Source of the DNA: Callorhinchus milii
Lineage: Eukaryota
NCBI RefSeq assembly: GCF_018977255.1
Contig: NW_024704742.1
Location: 37,820,001 to 37,884,000, forward strand
Length of the DNA: 64,000 nucleotides
Reading direction: 5' to 3'
Each line of letters begins with the position of its first letter. The stretch's first letter is position 1. The notes below the pieces were generated by a model. That model did no database searches. It saw only the letters and a program-made list of their open reading frames with translations, and had not been told where the DNA came from. Made by a program: the position numbers and the translations under genes. Shown piece by piece: positions 36,401 through 51,400 of this stretch.

Positions 36401-39400
36401 AGAAGTGGGGAGTGAGCAGGTCAGACAAGTATGACAAGTATACACAATTAAAATAATTCAGGTTGTTTTCATTTTACCCAGAGGGCTATCAGAATATTCT
36501 TTACCACAAATTGCTTTTGCACCAGGTCCAAAGACAATAACAGCATTGCCTCACAACGTAATTGAAACAGCCTGCTCCACCCAGCAATCTTGACAAAAAC
36601 AGACTGCACTGATTTCCTACCGCAGGTAACTATCATACTGCCCTTTGGGGTGAGCAATTCACAAAGCCACGTTTATCCAGAAGCTTCCATTTCAGAGTCC
36701 TGAAATTCATGTCCCAATACATACATTGCTTCAAAAAATTCCAATACTGATATTTTTGCAAAAGAAGTTTGTCTAAATCATACGAGGAAGATCACTGAAA
36801 TAGATTTGGGGAACCCCATGACACATCAGACACTGCACAATTATAACTTACTCCTTCTGCATATAGTGGAAATCTACAGTTTGAACACAAAGCTATGGAG
36901 TAGCACCGAGCTGTTTCAGAAAAGAACAGTTTTTTTAAAAAATATATTTTAAAACTGTTCATGGGTTTTTCCCCACATATTCTTTTTAAGCTCCTGCATT
37001 TTAATGACATGGTTTGAACTTTGCTCAAGAAAGAGACGTTTGCTGTCAGACATCTGGAAAAATAAGTTATTTCAGATGAGTATATTATGGTTGGTCCTCA
37101 TACACAAGACTGAATACAATAAAAATTGAATGTAATGGTGATAGAAAGTGGTAAGATTGAGAGTATTATAAAAAGCAGCAAAAAGAGTTCAAGTAAATAT
37201 ACCAACAAGGGGAAAAGCATGAAAATGGAGATGGCGTGACTGATAATAGCAAAGGATTTCTTATAAGTACAGTACATGACAAAAAGAAAAGAGTGATAAA
37301 CTGAGAAGTAGGCCTATTGAATAAAACAGGTTTGGGTTTGAGAATAAGAACAAAGTCTGGACACTGCTAAATAAATAGTTTGCTTTGATCTTCACAAGGC
37401 AACTTGGGATGTCCTGCTGATGTGAAAGGAGCTATATAAATGTCAATGTTATTGTATTGTAAAATCATAAGAGAGGCTTGAATGAAGAAAGCCCTTCTGC
37501 CCAATCAATTTTATTCTTCATTATTTAAATGAGCCCTGTGTTATCGCCTCTACTTTTCCTCTTGCACTGTCTCACTAAAGAGTTCCTTGACAAACCCACA
37601 GGTGGTGGATACAGGATCTAATAAATAGCATTTATTTGGATTTTCAGAATGAAATTGATAAGGTTCTGTGTAGAGATTATAGGCTAAAGCTAAGGCTCGA
37701 GGAACTCAAGGCAACATAATGCCTTGAATTAAAATGTGTTTTGTAGTAAAAATGGGTTGAGAAATGATTAAAAATTAACTACTGCTGTTCTCATGCAAGT
37801 GTGCAATATGGATCAGTATGAATATTGTTACAGTTTGCAAAGAGGTAAAGCCATTTATACCTGATTCTGGGAGGATTTCTCCTCAAAGGAAAATGATGCG
37901 AAAGGGTAAAATTCATTTTAAACATGCTGTACTTTAATCTGGTTTTTCATATCTCGTCTGCACGTACCTTTAACTCCTGAATCTTACACTTTTGAGTGGC
38001 TACTTCACTTAGAAGTTGTGTTTTTTCAGCCTGCAACTCCTCAGAAGCGTGACTCTGTTGCGAGGTCATGTCGGCAATGGTTTGCATTTCCTGCCGCAGG
38101 ACACTCAGCATTTTGGTTTTCTCGTAGAGCTCATTCTTCAGCGACTCGTTTTCTAACTGTATTTTCTGCAGCCGTGAAATCGCTTCCTCAAACTGGTCAC
38201 AGATACTTTCCTCAGCTACTTTCATCTTATGGATTTGACGGATCTTCTCCTCGAGTTCCATTTGCAATTTATTTTTGTCACAAGTCTCAGCTTCTGAACA
38301 CTTTTCCTTTTCTTTCATCTGAGTGATGCATGCCTCGGCCTTTTCCAGCTGCTGTTTTTTACGGCTTAGCTCCTCCACCATCTTGCAATGCTGCTCATTA
38401 AAGCGCTCATGTTCACTCAACAAGGATGTAATCTTTTCTTGAGCCTCATTCCTTTTCTTTTCTGCCGCTAACTACAGTGGAAGACAAAAACGGTAACTTG
38501 TAAGAACCGCACTATCCGGAGCGAGAGAACAAACACGTCAGCTAAGGACAGGATTAATTGTGATATGATGCGTCCATCTGAAGGACAACACCTCTGACAA
38601 CACAGGAGAAATGTGGGAAGAAAATTCACAAAAATAAAACTAATAGCCCTTAATCCAATCAATCAAGAATCAATACGCTGAGGGCATCAAATCGAGCTAA
38701 AGATGTTTCTGGGCCCACTGGTTCCAGGTTTGATGCCCGATGACATGTACCTGTATGCTCTCGTGACATAAGTTGGGACAAGAGTTTCTTGGTGTCATTA
38801 CACTGTAGGTCTTTCATCAGAGAAATTTCAAAGATTGTTCTGTTCTGACAGAAGAGATAAAGTATAACTGGGGCTTAAGGCAAACATTTACATGTAAGGC
38901 TTCATAATTTGTCATGTGAAACTAACTTGACACTCCAGTTGATGCTGGCACTCCTCCTTCAGGGTGTTCAAATGGCAATCTAGTCGGTGTATTTCCATAT
39001 TTTTGGAATCCAATTCCCGCTTCATGTTCTCAACATTGATACAGTTACTTGTACCACGATCTCTGAGTTGTTGATTTTTGTCTTTTTCAATCTTCAGGTT
39101 CTCTTCTACATTACAGTAATCAATCTAAAAAAAAGTTAAACACTTCATAGTACAGTATAAGAATTTAACAAAAAATCAAACGCAATTAGAAGGTTGCTGG
39201 TGAGTTGGGCGGGGGGTGGGGTGGGTGGTGTGGAGGAAGAGGAGGGAGTGCAGGTAATGTATCCCATCAGTTGGTTACTCATCCCAAAGATCTGTGACTG
39301 ATACCCAATTACATCTTTTCAGATTCCCAATCAAAGCACAGCTTCCACCAATTATCCCCAAACATTTAGCTATAAAATGAACTATAAAGACTTTTTTTTT

Positions 39401-42400
39401 NACAAAACGAAACCAAATAAATAACACCTGATAAAGTGAATCGTTCTGACGTAAACACCAACCAAGAAACCTGGAGTAAAATAATTAAGAATGCAATTAT
39501 ACTACTAATATTGGGAATCTGTTTGATGGCCCAGCGTGTCGAACATTTTTTCATAAGATTTTTAACTTCATGTTCTTCAGAGAAAATACGATCTAAATTC
39601 AACAGAAACAGGTGATGTTTCAGAAACACAAACCAGAACCAGTCTGTTATAAACAACAAAGTGGGGATAAATCGGCTAACTTGCACAAGGTGTGAAGTTA
39701 GCTGATTCTGGGGAGTGTCACTAAATCATTTCATATTTGTATATAAATAAATTCCTGATGAAATATAAATTAATAAGAATTGCCTTTTAAATGAAAATTA
39801 GTCCAGCAAATTAGAAGCGTATAACATCTTTAATATAAATAAGTATGTTATTTCTCTTGATTATTCCCTTCTATTAATTTGAAAACTAAAAATTGCTGCA
39901 CTTACCCTCAACTGTTGTACTAGATTGTTCTGAGTGTCTATTTCTTTCCTTAATTCATCTCGTTCTCTTTTTACCTCAAAGATCTCACACTGAAACTGTT
40001 CTATTTGCCTGTTCATATCCTCAGACTGTTGAAACAGCACAACAGTGAGTCAAGCCTATACATAATACTGGTTGAAAGTTATCCAAATATTCAATCATTG
40101 CCATCTTCCTATTGTGCTCATTCAATGCACTATAACTTATTGAGAACGAGACGCAGTGAAAACATTTATTTTGCAAGCTCTACAGCTAAACCTATGGTAC
40201 ATTGTTTTGTGTGTACACCTGCCTTTGTTTCTACATGTAATAAGTGTTAATGCTTGATAAGTAATCTAATTATCTGAGATTTGTGAATGACCCTCGCAAC
40301 TTGTAAAACATTTACTAAGTACAAGCAGCTGTGGGAAGGCCAGTGTCTTTTGGATATTATACACAAATCATACGAATGGTAAAACTAATTTTCATTACTC
40401 TCGAGATTTCTCTTTTTGAGTGTATTCCCATGCGTTTTTTCAAATTATACTTTATACATTTTCTTTCTACTGTTAGAAATGATGATATAAGGGAATTGCA
40501 ATCTCTCTAAGGTTATATAAAAACAATATTAATGTCAAAAACTGCGAAATTCAATAAGCACAAATCTCCTGGGACCCACCTTCGGGGAAGCAAAACACAA
40601 ACAGCAATAAAAAACAAGGATAAAGAAATGAAAAACAAATTAAACCTTTTCCCTGAATCTTTTCTAAAGTTAACCTATTGCCACCTTTTTTTACTTGTCT
40701 TGATTTGGCTATCCAGCTGTACAATGAACATTTATAAATTTCCTATATCTCAATTTTGCTCACTTGGCTTCAGTTTCTTCTTGCACCTAAAAGTCAAATC
40801 CTTCCAAATTGATATTCCATTATGCATTCTGCTTCCTCAGGAAAACTAATGTGGGCTTTTATATTCATGTGTGCATGGGAGTGGTGGACATAATGCATCA
40901 GCCTAACTGAAATGGTACCCTCGAGTAGGAAGGTTTTGAGTTGAAGCACTACGTCGGGTCATATGTTGGCTGGCACTCTAATGCAATACACTGGGGAAAT
41001 GCTGATTGTTGGAGGTGACTTGCTTCAGCTATGATGCAAAGTGAGATCCTGACTGCTTGCAAGCAGATGTTAAAGATCCCCTGGCATTATGAAGAGAGAA
41101 TGGAGTTTCCCTGGTGTCCTGGCTAATAAGGCCCCAAAATAAAATCTGGTCATTCATCACAGGGTCATTGGCTTCTATATTTGCCCACAAATGCACAGTC
41201 ACAATAAGATTCTGTGAAGCACTTTTAGACATTTTGTTATTGGATTATTATTATTGTAGAATGTTAAAATACAGAAATATGCCATTTCTCCCATTAGGTT
41301 TATGCTTTTCCTCATGGTTTTCTTCATACAAGCCACCTGATCTAATCCACTCTCCTACTTGCACTCTATTTCTTTAATATTTTTCTTTTTTTTTAAATTG
41401 TCTCAACAAATGACACTAAGCAAAGCAAAACTTTATTTGAGAGGTTTTTCTAACTGTGTAACTGTTTATACTGAAGTAATTAATATAAAGTATAAATAAT
41501 AATCCTTGCATTTGATCTAGCACTTTATCACATTGATGAGACGTCTCAAAGCACTTCACAGAATATACTGTAAATTGAATCAACTCTATATTTTGTGGGA
41601 GAGAATTAATTGGAACCACTTCCTTCTATACACATACTAAACACAAATCCTTGTATAAGCATATGAAGTACAAACCCTGTTATCTTGAATCTTTTTTACT
41701 TCCCGCAAATCACATCGCAGATGTGAGACCGTGGATTCCAATTCTGCAATCTGTTGTGTATACATTGAAGCCTGATTCTTTGCCTGTTCTCTAGATGTAA
41801 AGGAAAAAAAATTACATCTCATTTGAATGTTACAAGAATAAGAAGACATTGAGACAAGCTAATTCTCTGTGGGAACATTGCTTCTTGTGCTGAAGGCTTG
41901 TGGGTGGGGGNTAGCGGGGGGAGAAGGGAGGTGGTTATGAAGGGCAGCCAAAGGAACTATATAATGGGGACATGGGAATATATGCACAATTTGGAGTTGT
42001 GTTTGATTACTTCTGGGGATTGTGAATTGTGAATGACCTCTCTCTAATTAAATAATTAATTTGAAGTCCACATTTTGTTCTGACAAAGGAACCTGGTTTG
42101 ATACAGTGACTCACTAGTTAACCAGAGGCTATCTACCTGCATATCTACATCGGGCTTCGAAACACATGGCTACCAGAAACCGGTTACAATAAATCCAGTG
42201 TGTGTATGTGTGTGTGTGAGGTTACTCAGGATATACAATAGTCATTCTGCACAGGTAAATCACAAGTCTTGTTACCCGGTGAGGCAAATTTACACATGAA
42301 CACAACTGGATTGTCTTTGGCAGCACAAAGGTAAAGATTCATACTTTTGGATAGTTTGGGTTAGAGTCGGAGAAAGAAAAAGGTACAGAGGTAAGTCACA

Positions 42401-45400
42401 TCAAGAGCCACAGTGAGGCAAAAAGTGAAAGAGACTCAGAGAAAGAGTAAGAGAATGAGACCAAAAGCTAGCGTGAGAAAGAAAGTTAGAGAGAGAGAAA
42501 ATCGATCAGAGAGGCCTGGAACAGGGTGGAACATATAGTGACAATGTGAGGGATTATGGCAACACAAGCACTATTCTGAGAAGCTTTTGGACCAGGTCAC
42601 AGGAATACTCGGTCTGAGAATGTTGATCAACTAACACTTATTTTTGCTGACACCAGAGTCATTAAATGTGTTCACTTTACAAGTGAACAACATAAGATCA
42701 TAATAAGCCAACAGATTCAGAAAAACTGTACATTTGTTTTTCTACTGAATTTAGATCCCAAGCAAGAACTGGAGTTTTTGCAGAGCAACTAAAGTTTCAA
42801 AACAACCTACAGAAACTTAGAAAATAGAGGATGTTATCCCTCTGGCAGATTCATAACAAGAAAATCCCAAGCACACTCAATATTCAGGCGGTGGTTCATC
42901 AAACATTGTAACTATTTAACTAAAATAAAGACAACCTGAGAGATGGGTGGCTCCTATTTACTATCATAATGCATTGATCATAAAATGCCCTAGTGTCCTT
43001 AGCCTCCATTCTTGTAAAAAGCTTTGAGCCTTGACTTGTAGCTTGCCCCTGTTAGTAATAACACTGCTGAGGGCAGAATGCCAAATCCGACACTCCTCTT
43101 GTAATAGAAATTATTACTTATTGTCCACTTAGGCCACCATGATGAAAGAAACTTAAATCGGAAGCATGGTTATGAAACAATGGATCTTTGAAATAATTTT
43201 TTTGTAGGTTTTGGAACAAGAAAGGTAGGAAATGCACAAGAATTTTCCTTTCCAAATAGATCCCACTCTTGGAAGTAAATCACAAAGGTTCCATGAATCA
43301 TCCATGATCTGCTGCCAGTCATTATCAGGTTCCCCGTTAGTGACTCTGACTTGCTGTAGGTGAGTCTTGCTGTGAATTGTCCCTTTTTCGGCCCCAACAT
43401 GAAGGGAAAAAGCTTCAGATTGACCATAGACACTAAAGGGAACTTTTAAGCAATGGTGCTTTAGTTTTGATGGTTTAGTAAGAAGTGCCCCAATATGAAT
43501 GTCAAGGTAAAACATAAACCAACGGACAGTCAAATTCAACAATACCTTGGATCCCTTTCTCAGAATTTCATGGGTACATCAAACTTATACCATATCATAA
43601 TTATCCACATTCTCCAGACTGTAATTGGTAAATTAATAGTTGCTACCTGAGAGTGATCTCTCAGCTACCCATTTAACATTCAAAAAGTACTTTTGTTTCC
43701 TTAATTCAGAGTTAGAGCACTCGCTTTGCAAGCGAGAGACCTGAGTTCAATTCCAGGCCGGGCGAAACCTTGGGCAAGTTTCCTTACTCCACACACCTAA
43801 TAATAATCCCTTCAAAAAAACAAAACAATAATAAATTGGTCATTTTCAATCTACGACTGTTTGTGGGACATTGCTGTGCGCAATTGGCAGCCGCGTTCGC
43901 CCACACATATGCAGTCAATTCACTTTACAGTATATTCTGTGAAGCACTTTGGGACGTCTAGAAGTCGTGAAAAGTGCTATATCAAATGCAAGGATTATTA
44001 TTATTTTATTATAATATTCCCACCATGACCCAAAAAGGTTGTGTGACAGATCAACTGATTTGCAATTGTCACATTACAAGCTGGGGCAAGTTATCAAAGG
44101 TCCCCCCCTTTGCATTTCACAACATTTTTCAGGCATCTTTCTCTCCCTTTCTAAAAGACAAGGTGGAACTTTTCCTCAACCTAATCTTTAGGAATGCAAT
44201 CCACTGATTTTTTTTTAAAAAAATGTTCGAGAGTTCAGCACTAAAGCGTAAAAATATCTTTAAAATTTTGACACGACTCTGGAGAGGTTCTCCTCAGACT
44301 GTGTAACCATTTCTTCCTTCTGCTGCCCACACTCCACGTTTCCTCTGGTAGACATCTATGCTTACTATAGAGTTTCTAATTGGTTCTGGAAATTTGTGGT
44401 AATGTTGCGAGAATGATTTGCTTCTTTAATCATTGCTGCCACCTTCTGCTCATGTTCCCAATTTAGCTGTTCTATTCTATAGAAGAACTGTTAGTGGAAA
44501 ACCTGAGATGCACCATTTTCTTTGTAACACATCCACAAGGATGTACACAAGGACAGCAGTCAAGGAACAGCCCCCTCCCCCCCGCCACGAACATTCGCAT
44601 GATTCTAGGTACGTTTTCTAAAACCAAATAGATGAAGAATCGTAATTGACTTTGAGTATCCTTTTATTTATTTTGATTGATTTTTTCTTAATATATTTAG
44701 TGAGTGCAACCCGTGTGACCACTCAACTGGTTTGACTCCTTAAGCCATATCTAGGCACCCATTTGTTCTAAAAAAAAAGTTTGTAAAAACAGTCAAAACT
44801 CAGAAACAATGATTCAAAATGGAAGTTTAGATTTTGTCCTTGCTCAGTGAATCAAGGTAAAGTCTGCAATGCTGTAAGATGTTGAGTATTAAAGATAATG
44901 AGCTTTCCTTGATGCCGGTACCAAATCATCCTCTTGTCTAAGAACAAGGAGTAAGAGCAAGTGACTCTAAAGTTCATTTTATAATCATAATTTAGTTTGT
45001 TGTCAGACTACAGGAGTTGTTCCCTTAGCAATATGACACACCACACCAGCTGCAGCTAAAATCTACTTAGATTTCAAGTATTGTGCAGTTCCATCCATGG
45101 GCATGAAATCATGTTACCAACCAATGAAGGAAGCATCCATTGCCATAGCAAAATGATGGCCAAGCCTGCAGTGATAATAACTTGATTCATTCCATTCTTG
45201 ACTGGAGACAGTATGCAATCACTTCCTGTCCACCACAGCTCAATCATCTATTCTCAATTCTCAACAAAATCTCTGGTTAAACATCCCGCACTTTAAACTT
45301 GGTTACAATGAAACATTACACTTATGACATACAACTTGTTCTTCCAGGTTGGATTGCAGAAGGACTATGCTACACTGTGAGCAGAAATGTAGGTCAAACT

Positions 45401-48400
45401 GGAAGTAGAAATTACAACAACAACAACAAGATTCCATTTATAAAGCGCCTTTCACGTCAGGAGGACGTCCCAAGGCGCTGCACAGTTGGGTCATGACCCG
45501 AGCAGGGGGGAAATGGTCAGGGTGAGGGGAGGGAAGGGAGGGAGCGAGGAGGGGGGAAATGGTCAGGGTGAGGGGAGGGAAGGGAGGGAGCGAGGAGGGG
45601 GGAAATGGTCAGGGTGAGGGGAGGGAAGGGAGGGAGCGAGGAGGGGGAAGAGAGTCGAGAGGGGAGCTGAAGGCTCGGTCAAAGAGAAAGGTTTTGAGAC
45701 CGGCCTTGAAGGAGGAAAGGGAGGAAGCAAGGCGAAGGCACTGGGGGATGGAGTTCCAGAGCCTGGGGGCTGAGAGGCTGAAGGCCCGACCACCGATGGT
45801 AGGGCGGTTGGGGCGGGGGACGTGGAGCAGACCGGAGCCAGAGGAACGGAGGGTACGGGCAGGTAGGTAGGGGGATAGTAGGTCGGAGAGGTAGGAGGGA
45901 GCAAGGCCGTGAATGGCCTTGTAGGTGAGGATGAGGATCTTGAAATCAATCCTCTGGGGGATGGGGAGCCAGTGGAGGCGAGCGAGGGTGGGAGTGATGT
46001 GGTCCCGAAGCCTGGTGCGGGACAGTACACGAGCTGCAGAGTTCTGGATGACCTGCAGCTTGTGGAGGGAGGTGACGGGAAGGCCGGCGAGGAGAGAGAG
46101 AGAGAGAGTCAGGTGGGATTACAACAACAACTTGCATTTATATAGCATAGTTCTGTTCAGGAGTCTATGCAATTCTGTCCTCCAAAGAGTCCATAAATCA
46201 GAACTATACTTCATCCAATCCCACGCTTATTCACAAGTGTCTCAGGTTACCTGGGCTCATGCCATCTGTCAAGAACAATAGACATGCTTATGTTGATATC
46301 ATGTTGATAGCATCATACACGCAAAAAATCGCTTGAGTTGTTGATTTCAGCTTCATTTTTAAATCTTTGAGAGCAGGGGTTGCTCATCTAATGCTCTTCC
46401 TACCACCATCCCCTACCCCTCCAGTCATTCTTCAGGACCAGCAGATGAAAATGTGCAATAGCTTCTGCCCACCATAGGAATTCATTCATCTTTTCAGCTT
46501 ATAGCAGAACACTTGATTGTAATGTTTAGCATCTGTTCCTGGGGGATGACCGCCCCAGTGAAGATCAGTAATAATGAATCAATAGTTCCATGATCATGGG
46601 TGATGCAGCAGAGCAACATGGTATGCTGAATAAATTGCCCCATGAATTGTTTCATCTCCCATTTCCTATATGTTCCTAATCTTGTTCATGTAGCCAAAAG
46701 AGTTTTACTGGGCTGAAATCAGAGGCCTCGCCATAGAGAGTAAGGGGTAAGAAAAAAAAGGAGCCCAAAGCGTATAGATTGAGGATACAAACCTCTTCAG
46801 ATGCCCTCTTCCAGAGGCAAGTATTGAATAGGTAAGAAGAAAATTACCTTTCGTGTTGTTGTTTAAGCAAATATTCGGTTTTGCTATTCGTTTCAGATTT
46901 CAGGGAATTCAACTGATCCTCCATCTAAAAACAAATAACAGAGAACGAGATTTTATTTTTGTCTATGATTTTGTAACTTGCGAAGTGATTTCCACACAGC
47001 ATTGGTGAGCCACAGCATAAATCTACTGTAAACATGGCTGAAGCTTTTTTTAAAAAAAGGACAACATTCCTATATTTGCCACCAATTCATAAATTCGCCT
47101 GTCAATAACAAACTGTGTAAGCATGATAGCTCCATGGATGTGACAGTAAGGTGCCCAAACCAGATCAAGCTGAATTTGATTTACAGTCTGTATTGTTAAC
47201 TGGTCTCAGCCCTGGTGGAGGGGAGGGACAGAAAATAATATAATTGGTGTCCTCTACCAATGGTGAGAAAACCAGCTAAGACTCCTGATCCCAAACACCA
47301 TCTGGGGGACCACGACTACTACAAGATACAAAGCTACCGCGCTGCTTTGCAGAACTAAAGCAAGAAAGGCATCACACTTGTGAAATGGTATAGAAATTGA
47401 AAACTGATCCCTACATCTACAATTTCACACCACTAATACGGGGTTCTCTCCCAGAGTATGCCAGCACTAACCGTTTAGGCAATAACACTTTCAATTATGT
47501 AAACTCTGCATTGTTTTTTATTATCCCATGCTTCTACGAAAGGGGACACCAAGAACAGTTCCAGGCAACCCAAAGTGCTTATATCAGAAACCATTGTAAA
47601 GCAAAGAGACCATTAGTCACTTACTGGACAAATTCTTGCTTTGAGGCAAGCGATATCACCTTCCAAGTCCCTCAGGACTTTTCCCACCGCTGTACCCATG
47701 TTCTGCACATGAATGTTGCAGATGTTTTCGTGTTCATACACCTTCTTGCCAGTGTTCTCTTCGTACCCCATTAGCGACTGTCGAATTTCGTTCAGCACAC
47801 CATCAAATACTTGGGCCTTTTTCCTCAGTTGCTCAATCTGACAGTTGGCATCTCTGACAGTCTCATCTTGCATCCGATTCACGGTCTCAAGGTCCTGAAC
47901 AGCGGTGTGCAGTTTGTTTATCAGTTCTCCGTGGTCCTGGCTCTCTTTTAGTCTGAAATATAATCCATACCTCCACTAATTTCAGCAATGGTTTCGGCAA
48001 GGTTCCATTAATCCTTAACCTGCCTATTCACTGATTTCTACTGTATTCAAGTGGATTTTCAGGTTTTCAGCAGGCTGAAGGTTAATATGTTCAAATCAAT
48101 ACCGGGCAAACAGACAAATGCATCACATTAAACTAGAGCTAAACAGAATCCTAGTGACTCAATGCTTCAAAAGATTTCCCACACGCAGCAAGCTCTCATC
48201 TGGGCAGCTATGCTGTGGGAAAATTCTCAGCAGAAACCAGGAGCTCCCACACAAGGAGGAAAGAAAACAATCACAGAGCCACTTGCTTTGTGATACTCTG
48301 CGTCTCCTAGCGGCTTGCAATAAAACAGCAATGATAGATGGCTGCGAACAATCATCTCAGTACCAGGCCAATACATATATGTATTTTGGGGAGGTGAAGA

Positions 48401-51400
48401 GTGAAAGAGAGGACATTTGGGGAGCTTGGCAATATTAATAGAAGTATAATGTACTTTCTCATCTCCAGAGAAAATTGCCAGGTTTGGTTAGAAATATTTA
48501 ATGAACTCCAATTTGGCTGATCTGGTTTCCATACAGAGCAGACAAAGTGATAGACATAACATTAAATCTATTGAATACCACTGTGCCTCCAAATCGTCTA
48601 TCAAAACATATTTGACCAGCCTGTCTGCTCTGCTAGAAGTTAATTTATTACATAATAAATTCCTTGTGCACAAAAAGGACTGCAAGCCATCGATCCCAAT
48701 GAGAATTTTGAATTATGTCAATTACAAAGAACAAAGCTTGAGCAACTTATTGTCATCCAGATGCCAAAATGACAGTTAAAATTAGTGCCTTGGAACGATT
48801 ACAGTGCATCATGCGATTTTACGTTTTAAAAAAAGGTAATGTTGACCCAGAGGTAATCATCAAGTGGAACTCATTTGTATTGCAACTCACACCCCCTTCA
48901 CTAGTGGTGCACTTGGCAAATCTACTGCTCCATGTGCTCCAGGGTCTGTTATTGGTAGATCTGGAATTCAACTTTCTTCCCTTTGTTTTCCTTTTGCAGT
49001 GAAAGAAATCATACAAACACTAGCAAAAGACAGACTTATCCCAGCATCCATGCAGCAAATGAAAGTGTTGTATTGAAACCCTAGGATTTAGAACTTTAGT
49101 TCAATAATTAGCCCTTTAGAACACACACACACACACACATTTATATACCATACACATAATTATTTTCTAGCCAGAAAGAATCTGAGCTCAATTTGGGAAG
49201 CACCTGTGGTGGAATTGCTGAGGTCATCTTAACACATTTTGTCCATCACTCCACAGTGCAGTTGGTTGGTACATTTTCTTGAATAGCTCTCGTACAGGAG
49301 TGGGAGTGGGTAGCAAGTGGGATTTTTGGGCCGTGATAAAAGTGAGCAACACTGCTTTGAAGTCTATGGCCTGACATTTTGGGTGTGTTTCTTTTTGTTA
49401 GTAGAAGATGTCAGGGTCAATAGACTCAAATGTAAATAAAGGCCTAATAATTGTGAGGAGGCAGGAAAGAGAAAGGAGAGAGAGAAAACCAAAATAATGA
49501 CAGTGAATGTACTTTGGAAACTATTTTTAACTGCACTTACCTGACATCAACAAGATTATCTCTCTCTGCCTGTACGTCCTGTAGTTTATTCTGCAAGTCC
49601 ATCATTGATTGTCGAAAGCTAAGTTTCTGCTGTCCGTGACATTCATCATGCTGCAAAGAGAGCATACAAATAGACAGGATCTCGTTGTATACGATTGGTT
49701 CATACTTTTCGTAATTCAAGGTAAGTACAAAGAACATGATTTTTCAATAAACAATGAACCCAAGAATAACAGATCCATATGATGTGTCAGCTGCAATACG
49801 AAGGATTGAAATATTAGATAGGGCAAAACAATCGATCAGAAGTCATCATTAAAATCTTGCAAACGGGTGTGTTTGTGTCATGTCTCAAAATCTGGATCCA
49901 TTCAACGATGCGTGCGAGAAAGATTCTGCCAGAGGAGGATCGCATTGGCAGTAAGAAGCAGAATCTTATTTCTGGTCCAAATGATACTCTTGTGCATCTC
50001 CTAGTGGCTGGCAATAAAACACCACTAGCAGAAAACAACACCAACAGAAGCAACCAGCCCATCTGGGTCAGACCAGGGCAATACATACACGCAGAGGAGT
50101 TTTGGAAGGGGAAGGGAGAGAGACAAATTTGTACAATATTCAATGCAATTTTACATAGTCAGATAAATGGCCAGGTAATTATTGTTTATTTTAAATTTCC
50201 TTTGCTGTTTCTCTCTTTCTCGTTTCCATTTCTCATTGCAACTGAACTTTCATTCTTTCACTTTGGTTTTGTCACCATTTCTTTTACCTCTAAATACCTT
50301 CCAGAATCCCTACTGCTGCCATACCATACCACAAACGGATGTTGTTTCCACATGGTCGTGCAATTATGCATTAGCAGAGTTATTTGTTTTAACTGCACAA
50401 CATGTGAGAGAACAGTTTCAGACCAAAGAGTTCTTTATTGTCCTACATCAAACATTTTTTTAAAAAGAAATAACTATGTGAATTAATAGTGTGAATGACC
50501 ACAAGAACCAGCATGTGGAATCCAGATATATCATGAAGCAGCAACTAATAACGATTTTTTAAATTAAAGGTTAATTACAGTTTACCCTGAATATCAACCA
50601 GAATTTATCTTTTAAAAATCCTTTGGAATTTTGACTGGGCAAGATTAGAAATTGGAGTATGGAAGATTAGGTAGGCCAGTGTATTTGCACATAGTCCTTT
50701 TATATCTGGAACTGAGATTTGATCTAATTGATGGGATGAAAGACCTCTCAGGTTGTAAAGGATCATTATGTAATAAGTGTTTGGGCATAATGTCAATTAA
50801 GAGCTCAATACAATCCCAGTGGCCATAGCAACATATGCCTCAAGAACATTTAGATGGTATAAAGCAATGGTTTACTGGACTAATCCTCGCCTGAAGGGGT
50901 TCAGCTAGGCTGAGAGACTGGGTCGACTGGTGTTATATTCCTTAGAGCAAAGGAGGTTAATTGAACCTGGGGACGTCCTCCCGATGTGAAAGGCGCTGTA
51001 CAAATGTAACTTGTTGTTAAGGGATAATATGATTGTCACATTTAAAGGAATTGACAGGTAAAATATTGAATGACTCTTTCCCTTTAGTTCTAATTGCGTC
51101 AGCTCTGATTTTAAGGCTATATTCCTTATAATTCTCCTTGGTACAAAGGGTATAGCCTTAAAATGAGAACTAACTTAGTTAGAACCGAGGTCAGGAAGAA
51201 TTTCTTTACACAGAGAGTTGTGAAGCTGTGGATTGCTCTGCTGCAGGAAAGCTGTAGACATGAATACCTCAATAATGGTGGTGTAAAGCGGCAAGGCATT
51301 GGGATTAAAAGATCTGCCAAGAATAGGCTCAATGGGCTGAATGGCCCTTTTCCTGTTCCTTTATGGACTTCACCCGTGGCAGAATTTTCCTAGACCTACA

